Positions 50,968-63,726 of a stretch of DNA of 64,000 nucleotides are shown one piece after another; positions within the stretch are counted from its first letter, which is position 1; every line of letters begins with the position of its first letter. Position numbers and translations under genes: made by a program. The notes below the pieces were generated by a model, which was not told where the DNA came from, made no database searches, and saw only the letters and a program-made list of their open reading frames with translations. The stretch is from Octopus sinensis (lineage: Eukaryota), in assembly GCF_006345805.1 (NCBI RefSeq), contig NC_043010.1:13888001-13952000 (forward strand), in the 5' to 3' direction.

Positions 50968-51649
50968 ATTTATTATTATTACTGAATATGTTAGTGTTAT
51001 CTAATTTCTGAACGGTTTTGCTGCCGTTTGTTTATGTAATTCGATTTCTTTATCCATCAGTTTCTACTAAGATAGAGACGCAAGTAAAATTAACAATAGA
51101 GAAACAAAAATAAAACTATGGAAACAGCAAAGCTGCCATAACTAATGTGGAAACCATGAGCATGCTTTCAAGGGAGATAATCAGAGAAAGACTCGAAAGT
51201 AAATGTAACAAATAATCCTTGTCCAGTACCGGATCGATCCCAAAATCTAATCAGTTTGTGCCAGTTGCAAGGCCAAACATCCTTGAAAGTTTCATCCAAG
51301 TCCATCCAGCGGTTTTTGACATATCTCGTCCACGGACTAACAAACAAACAAACAAACACAACTGAAAACAACACTCCGCTAAAATGGAAGTAATAATAAT
51401 CCTTTCTATGATAAGTACAGGACCTGAAATTTTGATGAAGGATGCAAGTCAATTAATTATATTGAGCTTAGTGCACAATTGGTGATTATTTATTTCATTG
51501 ACTCAGAAAGGGTTTAAAGGTAAAGTCAGGCTCAGCAGCCTTTGAGCTAAAGCCAAAAAGACAAAAATGCCACTAAGCATACACTATCCACTGTACAAAC
51601 AATTCAGCCACCTTGCTATCTCAATAATAAAGATGATAATAATAATAAC

Positions 51650-52235
51650 TCGTTCGTTTATTGGCCACAAGGTCTAACAAAAATCAATTAAAACATAAAG
51701 GGACAAAACATAGGACGAAAATTACAAAGGGTTTTGTCCATTTGAAAAAGACCGTGTACAAAAGCAGGATGACAACGAAAAATAAGTAACAATTAAAACT
51801 CCCAATTGGGGGAGGCACTTCGAAAGGTTACTCGTGGAAAAACCCATAAAAGCCACAGGAGCCTGGTCAAAAGGGGGGGGGGGGTAGAGAGCCCCTTTCT
51901 CCTTTTATATTTCCTTTTAATTCTCACGGGTGTATCCTCAGAATTGGTCCGTTCATACAGGCCATTCTTGCGACATTCACCCACCTTTCAATAAACTTGC
52001 TACCAGACATCACTTCCCTCTCTACTCTCATCTTCCTTTTCAAGTGAAGCTTGAAAAAGTTGATGAGGCCTTGGCCAAAGAGGAAAGTGTCTGACCTTAG
52101 CCCTTTCAAACGGGTCCACCATATCACCTCTTTCGCTACAGCCACTAGGCAAAGGAAAACTGCCTTGCCCTCCTGGTTAAAGGAGGTCGGCAGGGCAATC
52201 CTCACGATGGATTCAGCTGATAGCCGGATCCGTCC
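51650..52235 (-). mobile_element. L1/Tx1-like LINE 3' fragment
   Basis: ORF 51924-52205 ...LKRKMRVEREVMSGSKFIERW; third copy of this family in the window. Confidence 0.7.
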
Positions 52236-52944
52236 TATACAATAACAATGATGATAATATTAATAATAATAATAACAACAACAACAACCTTTTCTACTAC
52301 AGGCAAAAGGCATGGAATTTGGGGGAGGGGACTAGTCAATTGCATCGACCCCGAAAGGATGACAGGCAAAGTCGACTTCGGCAGAATTTCAACTCAGAAT
52401 GTAGTAACGGACAAAATACTGATAAGCATTTTGTCCAGCACACTAACAATTCTGCCAGCTCATCACCTTAATAATGAAAAAAAAAAGGGCATCAGATGGG
52501 TGATGCATACCTTGTGCACAGATAAATTTTTTTCACAAATTATAGTGTGGCTTACAATGCGTTGCTTACCCATGTTTGACTAAAAGAGGATTAGAAGCCT
52601 AAGAACAGTGAGATTAAGAAGTCAACTTGTAAATAAATGAATCCCTCAAATCCATCACTGTACACACACACATGCACACACTGAGTCGCATATCTATGTA
52701 TGTACTCACACGTGTCTACGCACACAGGTACAGCACAATCTATATACACACAGAGGAGGGCTGATTCATTTGAAAAAAGAAAGTGAACAAAATGAAATAC
52801 TTATAGAAATATTGCATAGCAACATCTTTTAATGATGGCAGGTGAACCAAACATACTGTAGTTCACTGTAGAATATAAATACTATGATCACTTGCTTATC
52901 GGGAAATTTGTAAGTTTAATTAAAAAAAATTTTTTTTTAAAGTA

Positions 52945-53147
52945 TCCCTTTTACCCTTTTACTTGTTTCAGTCATTTGACTGCGGCCATGCTGGAGCACC
53001 GCCTTTAATCGAGCAACTCGACCCCGGGACTTATTCTTTTGTAAGCCCAGTACTTATTCTATCGGTCTCTTTTGCCGAACTGCTAGGTAACGGGGACATA
53101 AACACACCAGCATTGGTTGTCAAGCAATGCTAGGGGGACAAACACAG

Positions 53148-53188
<41 letters not shown>

Positions 53189-53351
53189 TACAACGGGCTT
53201 CTTTCAGTTTCCATCTACCAAATCCACTCACAAGGCTTTGGTCAGCCCGAGGCTATAGTAAAAGACACTGCCCAAGGTGCCACGCAGTGGGACTGAACCC
53301 GGAACCATGTGGTTGGTAAACAAGCTACTTACCACACAGCCACTCCTGCGC
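52945..53351 (-). mobile_element. SINE-A
   Basis: Full length with (TA)n core. Confidence 0.9.
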
Positions 53352-53683
53352 CATTATTTTTTTTAAGTATCACCATTATAGGTGTTTATATTCTGTTGAA
53401 ATTAAGAAATCAACTCATAAGTAAACGAAACCCTCAAATCCATCACTCCACACATGCACGTGTGCACACACACACAGTTGCATATCTATGAATGTATTTA
53501 TGTATGTTTCAAGGTAATCAAACCCAATTATCACCATTTTGAGGTGACTCACGCAATGAGTATTTTCTGCCAAATTTGGTGAAAATCCATTCAGTCATTC
53601 TCCAGTAATTTTGCAAACACACAAAGAAGAATGATGTACAATACCCTGCTTACGCTTACATGTGCAGGGTAATAATGACAACA

Positions 53684-56600
53684 AGGCTGTGAGCTGGCAG
53701 AAACGTTAGCATGACGGGTGAAATGCTTAGTGGTATTTCGTCTGCCGCTACGTTCTGAGTTCAAATTCCACCGAAGTTGACTTTGCCTTTCATCCTTTCG
53801 GGGTCGATTAAATAAGTACCAGTTACACACTGGGGTCGATAGAATCGACTTAATCCGTTTGTCTGTCCTTGTTTGTCCCCCCTGTGTTTCAGGAAACCAA
53901 CAAGCCACCTGGTCACCTACCGATCGGGCCGGCATACTAGCCAAATCGACTACATCCTCGCCAGAAAAAGGGAAAGATGGCTGCTTATAAATGCCAAAAC
54001 CTTCCCAGGCGAAGAATGCACCCTACAACATAGACTGGTAGTTAGTGACTTTAGGATCAGGACTAAGAGGGCGACTAGAAGACGACCAACATGGAGAAGA
54101 AGGGTCTGGAAGCTTAAAGACCCTGCGAATGGACAGAGATTTAGAGATATGTTACTTGAAGCCTTTGACGAAGTGGAAGGGGGTATAGCTACACATGGGG
54201 TAGAAGACAACTGGACGTTTCTGAGGGACAACCTGCTGAAAGCCGCTGACCAGATCTGTGGCTGGTGCAAAGTCCCCTTAAGACCCAAAATAACATGGTG
54301 GTGGAACAATATTGTTGATAGGGCTATTAGACAAAAGAAACAGGCTTGGAAGGCCTGGAAGAACGGTGGTAGCAGGGAAGTGTATCAGACTGCCAGAAGG
54401 GAAGCCAGGAGACAGGTCTATCTAGCCAGAGGGGAAGCAGATAAAAGAAAATTTGCCAATGTCCTGCGCCGTGAGGATGAAAGACTTGAGGTATTTCGTG
54501 TTGCAAGACAGTGTGTGAGAGAGAATCGAGATGTGGTAGGAGAGAAATGTGTTCGCATGGAGGATGGTTCACTTGCGCTAAATGAGGATGCAAAGAGAGA
54601 AGCTTGGAGACGCCACTATGAAAGGTTGCTGAATGAGGAAAATGAATGGGATAAAGAGAGTCTGCCGAATGTTGACCCAACAGAGGGACCAGCTATCCGA
54701 GTTGATAGTTCCGTGGTAGCTAAGGCAATTAGAAGCATGAAGACAGGGAAAGCCCCAGGCCCATCAGGAATTACTGCAGAGATGCTCAAAATATCTGGTA
54801 GTGTCGGCTATAGCATAGTCACCCGTATAGTTAACCAGGTGATACACGAAGGAGTCATACCCAATGACTGGTGTAGCAGCATAATAGTCAACTGCTACAA
54901 GGTAAAGGCGATGCCCTAGATACAAATAACTACAGGGGCATCAAGCTGTTGGATCAGGTAATGAAGGTTACGGAGAGGGTTATAGCCCAGTTAATTAGAG
55001 AGAGAGTTAGCTTAGATGATATGCAGTTTGGGTTCGTGCCAGGAAAAGTACTACTGATGCTATATTCCTGGTAAGACAGCTGCAGGAGAAATACCTAGCC
55101 AAGGTAAGCCCTGTACCTGGCTTTTGTTGACTTAGAGAAAGCCTTTGACAGGGTCCCCCGATCCCTTATCTGGTGGTTAATGAGGAAACTAGGGATAGAT
55201 GAATGGTTAGTGAGAGCTGTGCGAGCCATGTACAGAGATGCAGCTAGTAAGGTGAGGGTTGGCAACGAGTACAGTGAAGAATTCCGGGTAGAGGTTGGGG
55301 TCCACCAAGGTTCAGTCCTCAGCCCCCTCCTATTTATCATAGTCCTCCAGGCAATAACAGAAGAATTTAAGACAGGATGCCCCTGGGAGCTCCTATATGC
55401 TGATGACCTTGCTCTAATTGCTGAGTCACTATCAGAACTGGAGGAGAAGTTTCAGGTGTGGAAACAAGGATTAGAATCGAAGGGCCTTAGAATCAACCTA
55501 GCCAAAACCAAAGTCCTAATAAGTAGGAAGGTGGACCAACCACAAACGACTTCAGGTAGATGGCCCTGCTCGATCTGTAAAAAAGGTGTAGGTAGAAACT
55601 CTATAAGGTGCACCAAGTGTAAGCTATGGACACATAAGAGGTGCAGCAATGTCAAAGGAAGGCTAACTAAGAAAATAGTTTTTGTCTGTGGCAGATGCTC
55701 AAGAGAAATAAACACTGGAAATGTGCAGAGACCAACTTCTACCACGTTCCAGGGAGACAAACTAGAAGTAGTTGATAGCTTCCGCTACCTAGGAGACCAA
55801 GTCAGTAGCGGGGGTGGGTGTGCTGAAAGTGTAACTGCTAGAGTAAGAATAGCCTGGGCAAAGTTTAGAGAGCTCTTACCCCTGCTGGTGACAAAAGGCC
55901 TCTCGCTAAGAGTAAAAGGCAGACTATATGATGCGTGTGTACGTATAGCCATGCTACATGGTAGTGAAACATGGGCCGTGACAGCTGAGGATATGCGTAA
56001 GCTTGCAAGAAATGAAGCCAGTATGCTCCGATGGATGTGTAATGTCAGTGTTCATAATCGTCAGAGTGTAAGTACTTTGAGAGAAAAGTTGAACCTAAGA
56101 AGTGTCAGTTGTGGTGTGCAAGAGAGACGGCTGCGCTGGTATGGTCATGTGACGAGAATGGCTGAAGATAGTTGTGTGCAAAAGTGCTACACCCTAGCAG
56201 TTGAGGGAACCTGTGGAAGAGGTAGACCCAGGAAAACCTGGGACGAGGTGGTGAAGCACGACCTTCGAACTTTAGGTCTCACCAAGGAAATGACTGAAGA
56301 CCGAGTCCTATGGAAGTGTGCTGTGCATGAGAGGACCCGGCAGGACTAGTCAGGCCATATCCCGTGGCCCCTACCTGGGACGTAGTCGATCCACCTGTGC
56401 ATACCTTCCTTCTTGTGACACTTGTGAAGACCTGCTGAGGCAAGTGAAAATCAATCAAAATAGATGAACATCAATGGAATTTGTATCTTTGTGGTACCAG
56501 TACCTGCGGCACACAAGAAAACCATCCGAACGTGGCCGTAGCCAGTACCACGTCGACTCGCCTCCGTGATGTGGGAACATGGTGGCACATAAAAACACCA

Positions 56601-58413
56601 TCCGAAGACCCGGCAAGACTAGTCAGGTCATAACCCGTGGGCCCTACCTGGGACGTAGTCAGTCCACCTGTACATACCTTCCTTCTTGCGACACTTGTGA
56701 AGACCTGTTGAGGCAAGTGAAAATCAAAACAAATCAAAATAGATGAACATCAATGGAATTTGTATCTTTGTGGTACCAGTGCCGGTGGCACACAAGAGAA
56801 AACCATCCGAAAGTGGCCGTAGCCAGTACCGCATCGACTGGCCTCCGTGCTGTGGGCACATGACAAACACCATCCGATCGTGGCCGTTCGCCAGCCTCAT
56901 CTAGCACCTGTGTCGGTGGCACATAAAAACACCATCCGAAGACCCGGCAAGACTAGTCAGGCCATAACCCATGGCCCCTACCTGGGACGTAGTCAGTCCA
57001 CCTGTGCATACCTTCCTTCTTGTGACACTTGTGAAGACCTGTTGAGGCAAGTGAAAATCAAAATCAAAACAAATCAAAATAGATGAACATCAATGGAATC
57101 TGTATCTTTGTGGTACCAGTGCCGGTGGCACACACTTTGTGGCACACACTTTGTGGCACACAAGAGAACCATCCGAACGTGGCCGTAGCCAGTTCCGCAT
57201 CGACCGGCCTCCGTGCTGTGGGCACGTAACAAACACCATCCGATCATGGCCGTTCGCCAGCCTCATCTGGCACCTGTGTCGGTGGCACATAAAAACACCT
57301 TCCGAAGACCCGGCAAGACTAGTCAGTCCACCTGTGCATACCTTCCTCTTGTGACACCTGTGAAGACCGGTTGAGGCAAGTGAAAATCAAATCAAATCAA
57401 AATAGACAAATAGATGAACATCAATGGAATTTGTATCTTGTGGTACCAGTGCCTGTGGCACACAAGAAATCCATCAGTGCTGTAGTCAGTGCGGTGGGCA
57501 CATGACAAACCCCATCCGATCGTGGCCGTTCGCCAGCCTCATCTAGCACCTGTGTCGGTGGCACATAAAAACACCATCCGAAGACCCGGCAAGACTAGTC
57601 AGGCCATAACCCATGGCCCCTACCTGGGACGTAGTCAGTCCACCTGTGCATACCTTCCTTCTTGTGACACTTGTGAAGACCTGTTGAGGCAAGTGAAAAT
57701 CAAATCAAAACAAATCAAAATAGATGAACATCAATGGAATTTGTATCCTTGTGGTACCAGTGCCGGTGGCACGTGGCACACAAGAAAACCATCCAAACGT
57801 GGCCGTAGCCAGTACCGCATCGACTGGCCTCCGTGCTGTGGGCACGTAACAAGCACCATCCGATCGTGGCCGTTTGCCAGCCTCATCTGGCACCTGTGTC
57901 GGTGGCACATAAAAACACCATCCGAGCGTGGCCGTCTGCCAGCCTCGTCTGGCACCTGTGTCGGTGGCACATAAAAACACCATCCGAGCGTGGCCGTTTG
58001 CCAGCCTCGTCTGGCACCTGTGTCGGTGGCACATAAAATCACCCACTACACTCTCGGAGTGGTTGGCGTTAGGAAGGGCATCCAGCTGTAGAAACACTGC
58101 CAGATCTGACTGGACTGGTGCAGCTTTCGGGCTCCCCAGACCCCAGTTGAACCGTCCAACCCATGCTAGCATGGAAAGCGGACGTTAAATGATGATGATG
58201 ATGATGATGATGGGTAGTAAAGAAATAGGTATTTCGTCTGCCGCTACGTTCTGAGTTCAAATTCCGCCGAGGTCGACTTTGCCTTTCATCCTTTCGGGGT
58301 CGATTAAATAAGTACCAGTTACACACTGGGGTCGATATAATCGACTTAATCCATTTGTCTGTCCTTGTTTGTCCTCTCTGTGCTTAGCCCCTTGTGGGTA
58401 GTAAAGAAATAGG
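53684..58413 (+). mobile_element. SINE-B dimer split by an RTE LINE (SINE parts 53684-53890 and 58211-58413)
   Basis: TSD GGTAATAATGACAACA at 53668-53683 and 58412-58427. Confidence 0.85.
53891..58210 (+). mobile_element. 5'-truncated RTE-clade LINE (APE end, RT, PHD-like finger, duplicated 3' UTR)
   Basis: SQIDYIL...QHRLVVSD (APE), KAPGPSG, DLEKAFDRVP, GVHQGSVLSP, LLYADD, LHGSETW, RLRWYGHV; stop at 56349; (GAT)n tail. Confidence 0.95.
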
Positions 58414-58699
58414 TAATAATGACAACAGCAGCAGCAGCACAAGGTCATAATTTTGAAGGATAAATAGTCAATTAAATTGGACCAGTTCTTGACAGACAAA
58501 AATCAAGTGATTTTTAACATAGGCAAAAGGTCACACATTTTTGAGGGGAACATAGTTGTTGATATAATCAACCCCAGAGGATGAAATATAAAGTCCTGCT
58601 AGCTGGAATTTGAACTCATAATGTAAAGAAATGTAACCATAAATATTTCAAAGCTCAACCAATTGTGCCACTGAGCTGACTAAAAGTGTAATAACTTTT

Positions 58700-59070
58700 T
58701 GGAAGCACTCCGTCGGTTACGGTTGATCCGATCAACGGAACAGCCTGCTCGTGAAATTAACGTGTAAGTGGCTGAGCACTCCACAGACACGTGTACCCTT
58801 AACGTAGTTCTCGGGGATATTCAGCGTGACACAGAGAATGACAAGGCCAGCCCTTTGAAATACAGGTACAACAGAAACAGGAAGTAAGAGTGAGAGAAAG
58901 TTGTGGTGAAAAAGTACAGCAGGGATCACCACCATCCCCTGCCGGAGCCTAGTGGAGCTTTTTTAGGTGTTTTCGCTCAATAAACACTCACAACGCCCGG
59001 TCTGGGAATCGAAACGGCGATCCTACGACCGCGAGTTCACTGCCCTAACCACTGGGCCATTGCGCCTCCA
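58700..59070 (-). mobile_element. SINE-C2
   Basis: Homologous to 21258-21627. Confidence 0.85.
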
Positions 59071-59229
59071 CAAAAGTGTAATAACAACGCATATGTTACA
59101 ACTACGACTGCTGCTACCACCTATTATTACTACCACTGTTGCAGAAAGATTGACGCTTTGGCTGCATTCATGAAATTTACTGTAGTCATGACAACAAAGA
59201 CAGTGGTGGAAGAGAAGCAGTGAACTTAC

Positions 59230-59514
59230 CTGCAATGATATCCTTCTTAACACCATTGACATTGGACTTGCACCACTGGGCAAGGGTGTGCAGTGGGATA
59301 AAGTTGGCCTCAAATTCACAGTTTGGGTTCGTCAGAACCCCTTTGACATAAGGGATAATTTCTGGAGAGCGTCCATCATAAGGCCCCAGAAAGACTCTCC
59401 TTGGGTCATAATCATTTGCGTGAATGTTGTCCCAGATCACAGGTTGACGCTGTAAGATCTTCGACACCTCTGCTAAAGTCTGTATAGTGATTTTCTTGCT
59501 CACAACTTTGTTAC
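59230..59514 (-). CDS. OGA: O-GlcNAcase exon (GH84 domain)
   Basis: GNKVVSKK...[25 protein letters not shown]...[13 protein letters not shown]; ttacag acceptor, gtaagt donor; 285 nt, phase 1 to 1. Confidence 0.97.
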
Positions 59515-59899
59515 CTGTAAATGAAAAAAAGTCATAATTAACAACTGACCTCGACACATGACTAATACTTTCTGACAACCTTGAAAGGATAAAAGGTGAA
59601 GTTAGTCTTGGTGGGATTTGAACCTAATAATACTAGACCAATTATCTGACAAGCTTAGAGATGTAAGTGTCCCAGATTTCTGGATTTTCTGGTTTGCAGG
59701 AGACAGTCTAAAGTGGTGTTTCTCAAACCATTTTTTTATTTATGGATCCCTTTGATTCCTATTTTACTTGAATGGACCCTCATAACCATTTGATGATTAA
59801 GAAATCATATATTATATTTTCATAATTAAATATTACTGCGAATTGTATTAAAAATTGTTTAAATATTTTGTGTATTGTAGAAGTATAACCAGTTTATTG

Positions 59900-60122
59900 C
59901 TCTCTTTACTCTTTTACTTGTTTCAGTCATTTGACTGTGGCCATGCTGGAGCACCGCCTTTAGTCAAGCAATCGACCCCGGGACTTATTCTTTGTAAGCC
60001 CAGTACTTATTCTATCGGTCTCTTTTGCCGAACCGCTAAGTGATGGGGACGTAAACACACCAGCATCAGTTGTCAAGCAATGCTAGGGGGACAAACACAC
60101 ACACACAAACATATACACATAC

Positions 60123-60159
<37 letters not shown>

Positions 60160-60331
60160 TATATACATACGACAGGCTTCTGTCAGTTTCCGTCTACCAA
60201 ATCCACTCACAAGGCTTTGGTCGGCCCGAGGCTATAGCAGAAGACACTTGCCCAAGATGCCACGCAGTGGGATTGAACCCGGAACCATGTGGCTGGTAAG
60301 CAAGCTACTTACCACACAGCCACTCCTGTGC
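59900..60331 (-). mobile_element. SINE-A
   Basis: Full length with (TA)n core. Confidence 0.9.
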
Positions 60332-60526
60332 CTAAATTGCACATAAATTTTAGCAACAAAATCTTATATGGATCCCCAAAGGCCATATGAACCCAGGTTG
60401 AGAATCAATGGAGTAAATATACACTTAGAATATAAAATAAACAGAGAAAAGTAAAGAACTAAATTATATATAACAGATTCAAATTAATACACTTCTAAAG
60501 CAGGGTCTGTTTGATATTTAACAAAT

Positions 60527-60838
60527 ATCATCATCATCATCGTTTAACGTCCGCTTTCCATGCTAGGATGGGTTAGACGGTTCAACTGGGGTCTGGGAAG
60601 CCCGAAGGCTGCACCAGGCCAGTCAGATCTGGCAGTGTTTCTACAGCTGGATGCCCTTCCTAACGCCAACCACTCCGTGAGTGTAGTGGGTGCTTTTTAT
60701 GTGCCACCGACACAGGTGCCAGACGAGGCTGGTGAACGGCCACGCTCGGATGGTGTTTTTTTATGTGCCACGGACACAGGTGCCAGACGAGGCTGGCGAA
60801 CGGCCACGCTCGGATAGTGTTTTTTACATGCCACCGGA
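60527..60838 (-). mobile_element. RTE family 1 3'-tail fragment (young)
   Basis: Close reverse complement of 57900-58210. Confidence 0.88.
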
Positions 60839-61133
60839 ATACAGTACAATGTTTATAGACTGAAAATTACATGAACGTGATTTTATTTAACAGATACACG
60901 TGGAAATTTTAAAAATTCTAAAGTAGAGCATGTTTAATTATTATGAGACTACTTGAAAAAGTAAAGAACAAAACTATTTTTAACACAACATATGTAAATT
61001 AACCAACTTCAAAAACAGGGTCTGTTCACTCAATATAGGGTTCAGTATATTGCACAGTAGTTCCCCATTTCTGGAAGCTAGATATGAGGTCCAGTGCTGT
61101 ATTTGACTATGACTGAGCAATGTTAACATTTGT

Positions 61134-61432
61134 GGAGGCACATGGCTTAGTGGTAAGAGCAGCGGACTCGCAGTCGTGGGATCGCAGGTTCGAATCTCAG
61201 ACTGGATGATGTGTGTGTTTATGAGTGAAACACCTAAGCTCCATGCGGCTCCGGCAGAAGGTAAGGCGAACTTCTACTGACTCTTTTGCCACAACTTTCT
61301 CTCACTCTTTCCTCCTGCATCTTGCAGCTCACCTGCGACGGACCGACGTCCCGTCTAGGTGGGGAGCCTATACGCCAAGAAACCGGGAAACCGGCCCTTA
61401 TGAGCCAGGCGAGCCTCGAGAAGGTACAAACA
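61134..61432 (+). mobile_element. SINE-C1
   Basis: Homologous to 7128-7428. Confidence 0.85.
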
Positions 61433-61769
61433 AAATGTTAACAGTTGAAGGCAGTTCACATTCAGATATGTGCTATTTCCAGAAAAACCATGGTTGTATG
61501 GATAACTTAACAATCCATGATTCATGAGTTCATATGTACTATATATAATGTGTGTACTGTAACACTGCATGTCTAGCAAAGCAGGTGATCTGAAATAATA
61601 TGAATTAAACAGCCCTGTATAGAAACAGTGGAACACCAGTAGTAGATTTGAACACACTGACTTGTATGTTACTAACAGAATATCTTACCCACTTTGCCAT
61701 TCCGACTTGCATACTAGAAACAAACAAGATTATACATATTATATATATTATATATTTCAACTGACTCAC

Positions 61770-61868
61770 CAGTCCACATGACATCTACATCAGGTAACAA
61801 TTTGGCCCCAATTGTACTCAAGTATTCAGAGTTTGATACTGCAGGCATAGCACGTGCTGAACAGTACT
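61770..61868 (-). CDS. OGA: O-GlcNAcase exon (GH84 domain)
   Basis: (E)YCSARAMPAVSNSEYLSTIGAKLLPDVDVMWT(G); ttgtag acceptor and gtgagt donor; 99 nt, phase 1 to 1; completes the FCPTEYC and WTG motifs. Confidence 0.95.
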
Positions 61869-61944
61869 CTACAAGACAAACAAGATAAGAAAATTAAATT
61901 TAAAATGGATAGTTTAAGAGCTGGAAGAATTATTATAATTATAT

Positions 61945-62330
61945 ATTTCTTTACTTACCCACAAGGGGCTAAACACAGAGGGGACAAACAAGGACAGACA
62001 AAGGGATTAAGTCGATTACATTGACCCCAATGCGTAACTGGTACTTAATTTATCAACCCCGAAAGGATGAAAGGCAAAGTCGACCTCAGCGGAATTTGAA
62101 CTCAGAACCTAACGGCAGACGAAATACCTATTTCTTTACTACCCACAAGAGGCTAAACACAGAGGACAGACAAACGGATTAAGTCGATTACATTGATCCC
62201 AGTGCGTAACTGGTACTTAATTTATCAACCCCAAAAGGATGAAAGGCAAAGTCGACCTCAGCGGAATTTGAACTCAGAATGTAACGGCAGACGAAATACA
62301 GCTACGCATTTCGCCTGGCATGCTAACATT
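61945..62330 (-). mobile_element. SINE-B dimer
   Basis: Junction GAAATACCTATTTC at 62121-62134. Confidence 0.85.
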
Positions 62331-63039
62331 TCCTTTCATTTTTCAGTTTTAAAAACCATCACCAAAGATTTACCATATTTACTTGTGTATAAGTTGCACC
62401 CCTAATTTAGTATTACATCTTAGTGCAAAACTTCTTTTTATAGTTTTAGCTTTGCCCTACATGTAAGTCACAGCTTGGACTTTTAAGTTAAAATCAAGTA
62501 TAAAATAGTGTGACTTATACAAGTGAATGCAGGAGTTCTCGGTGATGGTTATGAAGATTATCATAATTGTAATTACAGTTATAGTCACCATAATAACTTG
62601 CCAGTTACGATGGTGTGCTGTCATTCTCAGTCATAACCTTTAAACAACAGACAGTCTTAGTTCTCTTGTGACAGTTGACCAGTTGTGGTTATAGTTACTA
62701 TTAACACTCTAGTCTTTTTGTGATAACCTTGTGATAGCAATCATAGCTGTCATATGACCACTAGCTTTAAGTCATAACCTGCCAGTGATAATCATAGCTG
62801 TCATGTGATACACTAGTCTTCCAATTATCATTTGTCAGTATAGTCATATTTGTTCTGTGACACTTAATCTTCAGTCATAAACAGCCAAATATAGTCATAA
62901 TTATAATGTGATAACATTATTTGGACTTAAAAACAAATTGCCAGCAGTGGCACCAGCCAATATGGTCCACTAAATGCTATGCAAAGGCACAGTTATCTAA
63001 CGCACATATATAAATTCATTATCATTATCATCAACCCCT

Positions 63040-63290
63040 GGACACTATTGTCTCAAGTCCTGGGGCTCATAGGACAGCTATCCAGTTTCCATGGCTTATA
63101 AATGACTTTGATCACATTTTTCCCTGAACAGGACACCAGTCCGTCACAGGACTACTCATTTACAGTGGAGTGGACTGAAGCAACATAAAATGAAGTGTTT
63201 TGCTCAAGAACACAACAGACTGCCCAGTCAGAGAATTGAACCATGATCTTGTAATCATGAGTGCAACACTCTAACCACTAGGCTACATAC
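63040..63290 (-). mobile_element. SINE-D (CORE-like), diverged
   Basis: tRNA-like head ending near 63290; CTTGAGCAAAACACTT...CTGTAAATGAGTA on the minus strand. Confidence 0.6.
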
Positions 63291-63726
63291 CTTCTGTAGA
63301 TATGTATAAGGTACATTAAAAGAGACGTAAGATAAAGACACACATACATGCTTTTGTGTGTGTGCAGGTATGTGTTTGTATATCATGATCATTTAACTTC
63401 CGTTTTCTATGCTGGCATGGGTTGGATAGTTTGACAATAGCTGGCAAGCCAGAGAGCTGAGTCATGTTTTAGTCTCTGTTTTGACATGGTTTCTAGGGCC
63501 AAACACCCTTCCTAACGTCGACCACTTTACTAAGTGTACTTGGGTGCTTTTTTTCGTGACACCAGCAGAGTCACTAAATAACTTGCATGAGAAGATAGAA
63601 GTCCCCCCCCCCTCGACAGGTGAGAATAGTATTGAGGGAGGTGCCAGTAGATGAGAAGTTAAAAGAATCCATATCATCATCATTAATATGGACAGATTTA
63701 AAATAAAAATATAGTAAGGCACTGAC

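Noticed and set aside
62520-62930. Periodic GTCATA/GTGATA-rich stretch
   Set aside because: Looks like a decayed minisatellite; I could not define a unit or a function.
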